NCBI GenBank assembly: GCA_949289125.1
Contig: CASEME010000017.1
Span: forward strand, 1 to 48,579
Direction of reading: 5' to 3'
Source: an uncultured Eubacteriales bacterium
GTDB lineage: Bacteria; Bacillota; Clostridia; Christensenellales; CAG-314
DNA length: 48,579 nt
This document shows, piece after piece, positions 1-9,222 of the stretch. Below the pieces are notes generated by a model. That model made no database searches. It had not been told where the DNA came from and saw only the letters and a program-made list of their open reading frames with translations. Positions within the stretch are counted from its first letter, which is position 1. Every line of letters starts with the position of its first letter. Made by a program: the position numbers and the translations under genes.

Positions 1-33
1 GCGCTCTTCTATGGTAAAATGGCGGTAGTTCAT
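1..33 (-). CDS. N-terminal 11 codons (MNYRHFTIEER) of an ORF that runs off the left edge; the H-x-T-x-EER start resembles the HTH start of IS30-family transposases, which is weak evidence
   Basis: ATG at 33..31 is preceded by GGAGAC (40-46 on the minus strand). The reading frame is open to the window edge. Confidence 0.25.
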   Translation of the reverse strand, partial: MNYRHFTIEER

Positions 34-144
34 ACAAGTCTCCTCTGGTGTAAATTTTGTTTCGCAACTCTATTTTACCACAGATTTGTATGAACTCCTT
101 TTTTTCTCTCATCTGTTGCACTTAATAGTATAATTCACCACGTA

Positions 145-184
145 CAAAGGCGGTAGTGCAACTTGTGTTGCACTACCGCCTTTG
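145..184. terminator. Rho-independent terminator downstream of the Mrp-like gene (GC-rich 14-bp stem, T/A runs on both sides)
   Basis: caaaggcggtagtgca...tgcactaccgcctttg is a perfect inverted repeat. Confidence 0.7.
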
Positions 185-223
185 TAATAGTTAGCATTAT
201 GATGCTTTCAATATATCAACTTG

Positions 224-1039
224 TTATTTGCTTTTTACTATAGTGTCCACAACAGGCTTTAGTTCGGGCTGTTCTATCATTTCCAACTGTCCGTTGTCTG
301 CCATATATTGCAGTTGCGAGTTGATGGGCAACTTTGCCACAACAGGTATATCAAACTTTTTGGAAATCTCATCCACATGACTTTGACCAAAAATGTTGTG
401 ACGGTTGTTGCAATCGGGGCATATCCAATAGCTCATATTTTCCACAATTCCTATTACGGGTACGTTCATCTTGTTAGCCATATTTACCGCTTTTTCTACT
501 ATCATAGCAACAAGGTCTTGCGGTGTAGTAACAACTACTATGCCTTGAAGGGGCAACGATTGAAACACTGTGAGGGGCACGTCGCCCGTTCCAGGGGGCA
601 TATCCACAAACATATAATCAACGTCCTGCCACAGTACATCCTGATAAAACTGTTTGACGGCGTTGGCAATCACCGGTCCGCGCCACAGTACAGGATCGGT
701 ATCGTGTTGGGACAACAAATTGATGGACATCACTTTGATACCCGTTGTGGTAGTAACAGGCACAATGCCTTGTTTTACTCCGTATGCATTGGTGTGCAGT
801 CCAAAGCAGTGCGGTATGGACGGACCTGTAATATCTGCGTCCAACACTGCCGTGTTGTATCCTTGCCTTCTCACAGCAGCTGCGAGTAGCGAAGTCACCA
901 TAGACTTGCCTACGCCGCCTTTGCCCGAAACAACTGCTACAACATTGCGTATCTTTGCGCCTGTGTTGGATTGCAATTTGGTCTGGCGTTGTGCGCAGTC
1001 TGCCGCACATCCTTCACAGTTGTGGTTGCACTCTGTCAT
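224..1039 (-). CDS. Mrp/NBP35 (ApbC) family iron-sulfur cluster carrier ATPase
   Basis: Deviant Walker A SGKGGVGKS, N-terminal CxxC-rich segment. Start set at the internal Met (MTECNH...) because AGGAGG lies 6 nt upstream; the ORF-track start at 1102 has no SD. Confidence 0.85.
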   Translation of the reverse strand: MTECNHNCEGCAADCAQRQTKLQSNTGAKIRNVVAVVSGKGGVGKSMVTSLLAAAVRRQGYNTAVLDADITGPSIPHCFGLHTNAYGVKQGIVPVTTTTGIKVMSINLLSQHDTDPVLWRGPVIANAVKQFYQDVLWQDVDYMFVDMPPGTGDVPLTVFQSLPLQGIVVVTTPQDLVAMIVEKAVNMANKMNVPVIGIVENMSYWICPDCNNRHNIFGQSHVDEISKKFDIPVVAKLPINSQLQYMADNGQLEMIEQPELKPVVDTIVKSK

Positions 1040-1159
1040 ATTTGCCTCCTGCAATAATTGTATTTGCGCACATATTGTATCACTCGCCGTGTGTGTTGGC
1101 AAGTAAAAGCGATAGACTAATGCTTTTGTACGCTATTGCGCCAAACATAGCAACAGCTA

Positions 1160-1188
1160 TTGACTTTTGCCGTGTAAGACAGTATAAT
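1160..1188 (+). promoter_or_regulatory. Sigma-70-type promoter (TTGACT-17-TATAAT) for the lipid kinase gene
   Basis: ttgact at 1160, 17-nt spacer, tataat at 1183. Confidence 0.5.
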
Positions 1189-1220
1189 ATACAAAAACAA
1201 AAAATCAAGGCAGTTTTTTT

Positions 1221-2099
1221 ATGTTACATCTGATAATCAATCCTATAGCAGGACGTACCAAGGCCAAACGCGCTTTGTGTAAGGTGGAAAAGATACTTAC
1301 AACTAAAGGTTTGCCGTACGAAGTGCATTATACTCAGCACAAGCAACACGCCACCGAGATAGCACGTGAGCTTTCGCACGTAGCCGACAGTGACATTGTT
1401 GTCATTGGCGGTGACGGCACGCTCAATGACGTTTTGCAAGGTATAGATAACTTTGACAACGTGCGTTTGGGGCTAATACCGTGCGGTACGGGCAACGACT
1501 TTGCTCGAGTGCCCCCTTTGCCCACCGACACAACCAAGGCACTCAATATTATTCTCAACGGCCACACTCAATATATAGACTACATTCAGGTAGCTGACGG
1601 CAGACGTGCAATCAACGTGACAGGCGCAGGTATGGACGTAGATACTCTTGTCAAGTATTCGGAGATAAAGCGTATCAAAGGTAAGCTCAAATATTATTGG
1701 GCACTTTTGTGTGTGCTTGCCAAACTCAAGTTTCACAAAATACGCCTGACGTTAGACGACAAAGAGTACGACCGCACAGTCTTTATGGTGGCTATTGCCA
1801 ACGGTAGATACATAGGTGGCGGTATGCCCGTTTCTCCTTTGTCAGAACTGTCTGACGGACTGCTCAATGTTGTGGTTATCAACGAAATAAAACGTAGCAG
1901 GGTGTTGTCTATGCTACTCAAGTTTCTCAAAGGCAAACATATAGGCAAACCGGGCGTGGAGCAGTTTTATTGCAAAAATGCCAAATTGGAAGTGCTGGAC
2001 AACGGCAGAACGGAAGTGGACGGAGAAGTCTCGCAAAATCAAGTGCTCGATTGCCAAATTGTTTCCAACAAGTTGAGATTGTTTTGCAACCGCAAATAA
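1221..2099 (+). CDS. Diacylglycerol kinase family lipid kinase (YegS/DagK-like)
   Basis: Motifs INPIAG and GGDGT, C-terminal accessory domain. Confidence 0.8.
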   Translation: MLHLIINPIAGRTKAKRALCKVEKILTTKGLPYEVHYTQHKQHATEIARELSHVADSDIVVIGGDGTLNDVLQGIDNFDNVRLGLIPCGTGNDFARVPPLPTDTTKALNIILNGHTQYIDYIQVADGRRAINVTGAGMDVDTLVKYSEIKRIKGKLKYYWALLCVLAKLKFHKIRLTLDDKEYDRTVFMVAIANGRYIGGGMPVSPLSELSDGLLNVVVINEIKRSRVLSMLLKFLKGKHIGKPGVEQFYCKNAKLEVLDNGRTEVDGEVSQNQVLDCQIVSNKLRLFCNRK

Positions 2100-2163
2100 T
2101 AGTTGAGCAAGTAGAATATCAACTGTTAGTTGACATATCTAAGTTATATTACTATTATCCCAA

Positions 2164-2204
2164 ACAAACAACCGCCTGAAAATACTTTCGGGCGGTTTGT
2201 TTTC
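2164..2204. terminator. Bidirectional intrinsic terminator between two converging genes
   Basis: aaacaaccgcctgaaaatactttcgggcggtttgtttt: 9-bp stem with flanking A and T runs. Confidence 0.75.
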
Positions 2205-2224
2205 TACTCAATAGTTTAGCAATA

Positions 2225-2995
2225 TTATTGATTGCGGGCAATACATCTGCGTTCATAGCGCATATTGCGGTACTTGTAGGGAGTGTAGCCTGTCACTTTC
2301 TTAAAGCACTGTATAAAGTGGCTTTGTGAGCAAAATCCCAAATAAGGACCAACTTCGTTGCAAGGCATAACGTCGCTGTCAATCAGGTACAACGCTTCGT
2401 TTATTTTTTGTTGCAACACAAATTTGGAAAGATTGGTGTTGAGCTCGCTCTTAAACAGGCGTGCAAGATATTGTTCCGAACAGTTAGCAACTTTTGCAAG
2501 GTCGCTTGAAGTAATGCGTTCGGTAAGATGGTCGTGTATATAGTTGGTAATTTTGATAATGATAGGCGATTCTACATTTTTGATGTTAGATGTTGCTACC
2601 AACTGTGCAAAGCCTTTTACACAGTCTACGCCGCACTCTACAATCTCATAAGTAGAGTTAAGCGTATCTACACTGTTGAGTGCTTTGTTGGCAATGTTAA
2701 GTGCGTCTGTTTCATACACGCCGCACGAAATTGCCGCTTTGCAGGCAATGCCTACCATAATTGCTACCGAATATTTTATGCGTTGCAGTGATTCTTTGTC
2801 CACTTCACTTAGTTTGCCGCTTTGTTTGTAACTTTCAAAAAGTTGACCTATCTCATCTACTTTTCCGTTTTCTACAAGTCGTGTCAAATCCTTTACTGCG
2901 CTAAATGGCATAGAGCCTAACAGCGGTGAAGCTGCTTTGGCTGAAGTATCTTCTGTTTGTGTTTTTACGTTGAAATCATCCATATAGTTTTTCAT
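2225..2995 (-). CDS. AraC family transcriptional regulator
   Basis: C-terminal AraC-type double HTH (LSKFVLQQKINEALYLI..., FCSQSHFIQCFKKVTGYTPYKYR). AGGAG RBS. Confidence 0.8.
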   Translation of the reverse strand: MKNYMDDFNVKTQTEDTSAKAASPLLGSMPFSAVKDLTRLVENGKVDEIGQLFESYKQSGKLSEVDKESLQRIKYSVAIMVGIACKAAISCGVYETDALNIANKALNSVDTLNSTYEIVECGVDCVKGFAQLVATSNIKNVESPIIIKITNYIHDHLTERITSSDLAKVANCSEQYLARLFKSELNTNLSKFVLQQKINEALYLIDSDVMPCNEVGPYLGFCSQSHFIQCFKKVTGYTPYKYRNMRYERRCIARNQ

Positions 2996-3283
2996 AACAA
3001 CTCCTAAAACTTTTCCGACAGGATAAATTATAACTTATAATTATTAAAGCATAAACTTGCAAATTAGCAAACGATTTTAAACTATGATTATTCAATATTT
3101 GCTATTGGGTTTTCAATCATAATATTATTTAATTTTTATAAAAAAAATTGTTACTAAACATTGTCAAATTTTGGCAAAATATGTATATGAGTATGTCTAT
3201 AACAAATTATTAGCAATATATGTTTGTAAAATACGTACAAATGGTGTATAATATCTCTGAAAAACAGCTATGGGAGTGTAATA

Positions 3284-4432
3284 ATGACAATAACAAAGGA
3301 TGTAATTTTTGTAGGTGTAGACGATACCAAATGCACAACGTTTGAAGGACAGTACCCTGTCAGCGGTATGACTTACAACAGCTATGTGATAATGGACGAC
3401 AAAATTGCTATTATGGATACTGCCGACGAGCATGTGTCGGAGGCATGGCTTGCCAACGTCAAAAAGGCATTAAAAGGCAAACAGCCTGATTATCTTGTGG
3501 TACATCACTTAGAGCCCGACCATTCGGCAGGCATCAAAATGCTTGCAGAGTTGTATCCTGATATGAAAGTTGTAGGCAACGACAAAACTTTTGCAATGTT
3601 GCCGCAGTATCACAATGTAGACCTTACCGATAGAAAAATAGTGGTTAAAGAAAACGACACTTTGTGCCTTGGCAAGCATACGCTCACATTTTTGATGGCA
3701 CCTATGGTACATTGGCCCGAAGTAATGGTGTCTTATGACAGTTGCGACAAAATACTGTTTTCTGCAGACGGCTTTGGCAGATTTGGAGCAATGGCTGATA
3801 AAGATTGGGCAGACGAAGGCGCAAGATACTACTTCAACATTGTTGGCAAATACGGTATGCAAGTGCAGTTGTTGTTGAAAAAGGCAGCCAAACTTGACAT
3901 ATCCATCATCTGTCCTTTGCACGGTAATGTCCTTAAAGACAATTTGGCATACTATATCAGTTTGTACGATACTTGGAGCAAATATCAGGCAGAAAAGCAG
4001 GGCGTGTTTGTAATATACTGCTCAATGCACGGCAACACAGCCAAAGCTGCCAACACCCTTGCCGACATTTTGCGTCAAAAGGGTTGTCCTGTTGAAACAG
4101 AGTGCATTGTGTGCAAAGAAAGCTCGTTTGCACTGTCCAACGCCTTCAGATACGGCAAAATAGTGCTTGCCGCTCCTTCCTACAACGCAGGCGTTATGCC
4201 TCCTATGGAAGACCTTTTGCATCACCTCAAAGGCAAAAACTTCTGCAACAAAACGGTGGCTTTGATAGAAAACGGTTCGTGGGCACCAAGTGGTGCTAAT
4301 ACCATGAAAGCACTGCTTTCCGATATGAAAAACATTACAATAGTAGAACCTGTTGTTACAGTGTGTGGCGCACTCAAAGATGCAGACGTTGAGCACCTTA
4401 TAGCGCTTGCCGACAAGCTAATTGAGCTGTAA
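3284..4432 (+). CDS. FprA-family flavodiiron protein (metallo-beta-lactamase-like domain plus flavodoxin domain). O2/NO reductase family.
   Basis: Di-iron motif HHLEPDHSAG (H-x-E-x-D-H). C-terminal flavodoxin-like segment VFVIYCSMHGNTAKAANTLA. Confidence 0.8.
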   Translation: MTITKDVIFVGVDDTKCTTFEGQYPVSGMTYNSYVIMDDKIAIMDTADEHVSEAWLANVKKALKGKQPDYLVVHHLEPDHSAGIKMLAELYPDMKVVGNDKTFAMLPQYHNVDLTDRKIVVKENDTLCLGKHTLTFLMAPMVHWPEVMVSYDSCDKILFSADGFGRFGAMADKDWADEGARYYFNIVGKYGMQVQLLLKKAAKLDISIICPLHGNVLKDNLAYYISLYDTWSKYQAEKQGVFVIYCSMHGNTAKAANTLADILRQKGCPVETECIVCKESSFALSNAFRYGKIVLAAPSYNAGVMPPMEDLLHHLKGKNFCNKTVALIENGSWAPSGANTMKALLSDMKNITIVEPVVTVCGALKDADVEHLIALADKLIEL

Positions 4433-4723
4433 AATAATTGCGTTGCTATATAGTAATGTTGTGAGCAAATAATTATATTGTTGCAACAGTCAACGCCAAA
4501 TTTAATAAACAGAGTAAAATACCGCAGTCACTTTGGCTTGCGGTATTTTTGTTGTTTTGGTATTTTTATAGGCAGTTGGTGGCAGCAACTGCATAGTTGG
4601 TGTTGCAAACCTCAACAAAAAACATTTTCACTGTACTTTACATATACAAATTGTAGTTTGTCACACCAAGTAGGTGTGTAGCTTTTTGCATAGGTAATTG
4701 GTTGCTTGTGCTGACGTGCTGTG

Positions 4724-5362
4724 TCACAGCAGTTTGCTTATTGCAAGTGCGATAAGTATAATGCCGCTTACCCAGCACAGACCGTCTTTAGTTTTTTGCG
4801 TGGCAGTGTTGCCTGTTTGTTGTCCTACAAGCAATGCAGTTGCGCCTATTGCAAGTGACAATATCAACAGATACACGCTGTTGACGCCCGATATTCCCGC
4901 CGAAAAACCTACTGCCAAGCCGTCTAAAGATAATGCAAGTGCCAACGAGATTGCCTCTCTTGCAGACAGCACCTTGTCTTTGTTGTTGTCTGCAGCTTGT
5001 TCGTCCTCAAACACCTTTAGTATAAAGCGCACATCAAACAGTTTGAAAGTAAGTTGCCGTGTGACTCGTCCTTTGAGCCACAGTTTGACGGCGTTTTCGC
5101 ACACTTTCAACAGCCCCATCACAAGCAGTATGCCAAATGACAACAATTTGACGGCATAGGCGTCTATATATGGCGCAACAATACTGCCTGCAATAAGAGT
5201 AAAGCCAAGCGTAATACTGCACACCAAGGACACTACAAGTGCCGAGCGCACGGGTATTTTGATATGTGACGCGCCATAAGCCAACCCGCAAGCAAAGCAG
5301 TCCAACGACAAAGCAAGTGCTATGGCAAGTGCTTCAGTAAGATATAATATGGAAAATTGCAT
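4724..5362 (-). CDS. MntP/YtaF-type (DUF204) membrane protein, putative manganese efflux pump
   Basis: Two internal repeats with ALALSLD motifs and about six TM segments. Confidence 0.55.
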   Translation of the reverse strand: MQFSILYLTEALAIALALSLDCFACGLAYGASHIKIPVRSALVVSLVCSITLGFTLIAGSIVAPYIDAYAVKLLSFGILLVMGLLKVCENAVKLWLKGRVTRQLTFKLFDVRFILKVFEDEQAADNNKDKVLSAREAISLALALSLDGLAVGFSAGISGVNSVYLLILSLAIGATALLVGQQTGNTATQKTKDGLCWVSGIILIALAISKLL

Positions 5363-5542
5363 AGCGTTGTATCAACCTCAATAGTACATAATATGCCGAT
5401 ACTCAATTTGCGGCGACAATGTAGCACTGCTAAATAGATTGCTATGCAGTCGAAATATTAGTGTGTTGCAACAAATTGTCCTTGCAGACAATTAAGAGTA
5501 GTAGTTGTAAGTTTGGGATATTAGTTGCAATAGAGTAAAATA

Positions 5543-5590
5543 AAAAAGCTCCCGCATCTTCCTAAGTGGAAGTGTGAGAGCTTTTATTTG
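5543..5590. terminator. Intrinsic terminator downstream of nrdD
   Basis: agctcccgcatcttcc taagt ggaagtgtgagagct hairpin with flanking A/T runs. Confidence 0.55.
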
Positions 5591-5613
5591 GTTTGTTTAA
5601 CGTTGAGTAAGCG

Positions 5614-7989
5614 CTATACGGCTTTTTCTACTGCTTTGCGTATTTCTGATGCGTTGCAGAACTTTTGCATTGTGTTGCCGTTGACTATCACCAACGTGGG
5701 TGCTTGCAGTATGCCAAATTGCTTTGCAATGTCAGGTTGTTTGTCAGCAACAATCTCTTCGTACTTGATGCCTGCTTGCTTGAGTATTGTCTTTGCCGTG
5801 CGGCAATTGGGGCAAGTGGAAGTGGTAAACAGCAATGTGCGTTGTTGCGTATTGTCACAAGCTGTTTTGTCGCGCTGTTTGTTGTCGGCAACAGCCTTGT
5901 TCTTTTGATGTTTCAACTTGGAGTGCGCAATATCATACGTCTTTCTGTCCTCAAACTCCTGCAACTTGCCGTCGTTCCAGTTTTGTACAGGACGGTAGTA
6001 ACCGGTAATACGGCTGTACACTTCTGTCTTTTGTCCGCACTTGGGGCAAGTGTAGTGTTCGCCTGTGATATATCCGTGGTCCTTACATACCGAATATGTG
6101 GGCGACATCGTGTAGTAGGGCAGTTTGTAGTTTTCTGCAATTTTGCGTACCAACGATGCAGCAGCCTTCCAATCGGGCAACTTTTCACCCAAGAAAGCGT
6201 GGAACACAGTACCGCTTGTGTACAATGTCTGCAATTCGTCTTGTATATCCAATGCGTCAAATATGTCCGAAGTAAAGGATACGGGCAAATGACTGCTGTT
6301 GGTGTAGTAAGGTGTGCCGTTCATGTTGGCAGTGATGATATCGGGGTAACGTTGTTTGTCGTGCTTAGCAAGACGGTATGTTGTAGATTCTGCCGGTGTT
6401 GCCTCGAGGTTGTACAAGTCGCCATACTGTTCCTGATAGTCGGACAGTCTTTCGCGCATGTGATTGAGCACTTGTTGTACAAACTTTTGTGTTTCGGGGT
6501 GGGTAAGGTCTTTTCTAAGCCACTTTGCGTTGAGTCCTGCTTCGTTCATACCCACAAGACCAATGGTGGAGAAGTGGTTGTTGAATGTGCCAAGATAACG
6601 CTTTGTGTAAGGATACAGACCTTCGTCCAACAACTTGCTAATAACCGTACGTTTTACTTTCAAAGAGCGAGCCGATACGTCCATCATTCTGTCCAAACGG
6701 TTGTAAAAGTCTTTTTCGTCCTTTGCAAGATATGCTATACGGGGCATATTGATTGTAACAACGCCTACAGAACCTGTGCTTTCGCCGCTTCCGAAGAAGC
6801 CACCCGACTTTTTGCGCAGTTCTCTCAGGTCAAGACGCAATCTGCAGCACATACTTCTTACGTCGCTCGGTTGCATATCGCTGTTTATATAGTTGGAGAA
6901 GTACGGTGTGCCGTATTTTGCAGTCATTTCAAACAACAGTTTGTTGTTTTCTGTTTCCGACCAGTCAAAGTCACGAGTGATAGAGTATGTGGGGATAGGA
7001 TATTGGAAACCTCTGCCGTTAGCGTCGCCTTCTATCATAGTTTCAATAAAGGCTTTGTTGACCATATCCATTTCTTTTTTGCAGTCTTTGTACTTAAAGT
7101 CCATCTCTTTGCCGCCCACTATACAGTTGAGCTCTGCAAGGTCGTTGGGTACTGTCCAGTCAAGTGTAATGTTGGAGAACGGTGCTTGTGTACCCCAACG
7201 GCTGGGAGTATTGACGCCATAGATAAAGGACTCAATGCAACGCTTAACTTCGGTGTAAGAAAGGTTGTCTGCTTTTACAAAGGGTGCAAGGTAGGTGTCA
7301 AACGAACTGAACGCCTGTGCGCCTGCCCACTCGTTTTGCATAATACCAAGGAAGTTGACCATCTGGTTGCACAGACTTGCAAGGTGCTTAGCAGGTTTGG
7401 AAGTAATTTTGCCTGTAACGCCGCCCAAACCTTCTTTTATCAGTTGCTTTAGTGACCAACCAGCGCAGTAGCCTGTAAGCATAGAAAGGTCGTGCAAGTG
7501 AATATCTGCGTTTCTGTGTGCGTCAGCTATTTCTTTGTCGTATATTTCGCTAAGCCAATAGTTGGCTGTTATTGCGCCGCTGTTGTTGAGTATCAGTCCG
7601 CCTACAGAGTAGGTAACAGTGGAGTTTTCTTTTACACGCCAGTCGGTTACTTTTACATAGCTGTTGACCAACTCTTTGTAGTCCAATATGGTGGACTTCA
7701 TATTACGTATCTTTTCTCTGTTTTTGCGGTAAAGGATATAGGACTTGGCAACGTCTGCATAGCCTGCTTCGCTCAAAACGGCTTCCACACTGTCTTGTAT
7801 ATCTTCTACAGAAATAGCATTGTCCTTTATTTTGTTTTCAAAGTCCGCCGTCACTCTCAGCGCAAGCATATCAATAACAGAGGGGTGATATTGCTTGTGT
7901 TCTGCCTCAAATGCTTTTGTAATGGCAGTGGAAATCTTTTTGATGTCAAATTCGGCTTTCGCGCCGTCGCGTTTGATTACTTGATACAT
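5614..7989 (-). CDS. nrdD: Anaerobic ribonucleoside-triphosphate reductase (class III RNR) with a C-terminal glutaredoxin/NrdH-like CPxC domain fused on
   Basis: N-terminal ATP-cone, C-terminal Zn-ribbon CPKCG followed by glycyl-radical motif RITGYYRP, then about 100 extra aa containing TCPNC. Confidence 0.9.
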   Translation of the reverse strand: MYQVIKRDGAKAEFDIKKISTAITKAFEAEHKQYHPSVIDMLALRVTADFENKIKDNAISVEDIQDSVEAVLSEAGYADVAKSYILYRKNREKIRNMKSTILDYKELVNSYVKVTDWRVKENSTVTYSVGGLILNNSGAITANYWLSEIYDKEIADAHRNADIHLHDLSMLTGYCAGWSLKQLIKEGLGGVTGKITSKPAKHLASLCNQMVNFLGIMQNEWAGAQAFSSFDTYLAPFVKADNLSYTEVKRCIESFIYGVNTPSRWGTQAPFSNITLDWTVPNDLAELNCIVGGKEMDFKYKDCKKEMDMVNKAFIETMIEGDANGRGFQYPIPTYSITRDFDWSETENNKLLFEMTAKYGTPYFSNYINSDMQPSDVRSMCCRLRLDLRELRKKSGGFFGSGESTGSVGVVTINMPRIAYLAKDEKDFYNRLDRMMDVSARSLKVKRTVISKLLDEGLYPYTKRYLGTFNNHFSTIGLVGMNEAGLNAKWLRKDLTHPETQKFVQQVLNHMRERLSDYQEQYGDLYNLEATPAESTTYRLAKHDKQRYPDIITANMNGTPYYTNSSHLPVSFTSDIFDALDIQDELQTLYTSGTVFHAFLGEKLPDWKAAASLVRKIAENYKLPYYTMSPTYSVCKDHGYITGEHYTCPKCGQKTEVYSRITGYYRPVQNWNDGKLQEFEDRKTYDIAHSKLKHQKNKAVADNKQRDKTACDNTQQRTLLFTTSTCPNCRTAKTILKQAGIKYEEIVADKQPDIAKQFGILQAPTLVIVNGNTMQKFCNASEIRKAVEKAV

Positions 7990-8054
7990 AGTTCTACTCC
8001 TTTATTGTAAAGGCGTTGGTGGGGCTTGCCTGCCCTTTGCGCCAAAGTGGTTAC

Positions 8055-8125
8055 ATTATAACACATATTCAGTGTTTGTCAATATGTTGTGTCAAATTTC
8101 TCACAAAAAACACAATATGTTGTGT
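8055..8125 (-). promoter_or_regulatory. nrdD promoter (TTGACA-16-TGtTATAAT on the minus strand) overlapped by two tandem NrdR-box-like 16-mers
   Basis: acacaatatgttgtgt at 8110-8125 and tgtcaatatgttgtgt at 8077-8092, 33 bp centre to centre. The -35 element (8077-8082) lies inside box 1 and the -10 is at 8055-8060. Confidence 0.55.
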
Positions 8126-8188
8126 TTTTCATTTTTACCAAAAACGAACGAACAATGCACGTTAGGCATTTTTGTGGGGAAATAGTGC

Positions 8189-8229
8189 AAAAAACCGCCC
8201 TTTTTTCGTCAAAAAGCGCGGTTTTTCGT
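8189..8229. terminator. Large near-perfect palindrome with T/A runs: terminator after nrdG, insulating nrdD
   Basis: aaaaccgccctttttt cgtc aaaaagcgcggtttt. Confidence 0.65.
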
Positions 8230-8405
8230 ACTATGTGGTTCATAACGGGCAATATAGCGAACGTGTTTTGCTATATTTTGATAGCAATTAGTCGTATTGG
8301 GCAAATACTATATGTTGTGTTGGCAATGTTGTGCGGTGCAATTCCCAACCATATTGAGGGTGCATACTATATTTTATAGTGTGTCTTGCCTGTTGTGTGC
8401 TACGG

Positions 8406-9107
8406 TTAGTCTATGCCTCTTAGCTGTGCTTGCGGTATTATCTGTTGTACTGCTTTCAACATATCGTGCATTTCATGTTCGGAATAAGCAGACAGCCCGT
8501 TGGGCGCTATCAGCTCGCCCGAATCCACAAACTGTTGCAAGTAGTAATGCGGGCAACCCTTTATCCACTGCGCGAGTTGTACAAGCGACTGTGTTGTATG
8601 CAAGGGACATACTACCGTAGTGCGGTATTCGTAGTCTACCTTGCCTTGTGCAAGTATTTGCATGGTGGCATTGAGAGGCGCAAGGTCTATATCGGGTATG
8701 CCCACCGTTTTGCCATACAAGTCCTTACTGTTTTTTATGTCCACGGCAACATAATCTGCCAACTTTTTGTGCAGTATGTTGTTTAGTCTGTCGGGGAAAA
8801 AGCCGTTGGTGTCCAACTTAATTTTGTAGCCAAGTTCTTTTATGGACGTCATCAGCGTTTCGCATTGGTCATCAAGTAACGGTTCACCGCCTGTGATGCA
8901 TACACCTTCCAATATGCCACGTCGTTTTTTGAGAAAGGCTAATATTTCTTCTACTGTTATGTAAGACTGTTCAATAGTTGTTACAAGACGAGAGTTGTGA
9001 CAAAAAGGACAGCGTAGATTGCACCCTTTGAGAAAAATTGTGCACGCTGTTTTGTCGGGATAGTCCAACAAAGTTAATTTTTGCAAAGCAAATATTCGTG
9101 TCGTCAT
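8406..9107 (-). CDS. nrdG: Anaerobic ribonucleotide reductase activating protein (radical SAM)
   Basis: CNLRCPFC (CxxxCxxC) radical-SAM motif, GGEPLL. Size and neighbourhood fit. Confidence 0.85.
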   Translation of the reverse strand: MTTRIFALQKLTLLDYPDKTACTIFLKGCNLRCPFCHNSRLVTTIEQSYITVEEILAFLKKRRGILEGVCITGGEPLLDDQCETLMTSIKELGYKIKLDTNGFFPDRLNNILHKKLADYVAVDIKNSKDLYGKTVGIPDIDLAPLNATMQILAQGKVDYEYRTTVVCPLHTTQSLVQLAQWIKGCPHYYLQQFVDSGELIAPNGLSAYSEHEMHDMLKAVQQIIPQAQLRGID

Positions 9108-9222
9108 AGTGTATTTTCCTTGTATTAGTGGTGTTGAATACTAAGGCTTTGCCGCACCTTATGGCACGCCAAAGCCTATGTTGTATTATCATAGTTGCAG
9201 TTTACTAATATTGTGGTATTAG

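Noticed and set aside
3026-3042. Perfect 8-1-8 palindrome AATTATAAcTTATAATT between the AraC and fprA genes, looking PerR/Fur-box-like
   Set aside because: Its half-site order is everted relative to the TTATAAT-N-ATTATAA per/fur box. It overlaps TATAAT hexamers on both strands about 20 nt upstream of the AraC RBS, so it is most simply the -10 region of divergent promoters.
5665-7452. 595-aa ORF on the plus strand, entirely antisense to nrdD
   Set aside because: Cys/Val-rich low-complexity translation with no RBS; a typical shadow ORF of a well-supported gene. The same applies to 12361..13698 (antisense to the helicase), 22170..23360 (antisense to the binding-protein gene), 28238..29386 (antisense to malK) and 41304..42329.
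8305-8320. Third NrdR-like 16-mer (atactatatgttgtgt)
   Set aside because: It lies between the nrdG stop and its terminator, about 330 nt from the nrdD start and not near any promoter. This is probably chance or a relic, so it was kept out of the feature list.
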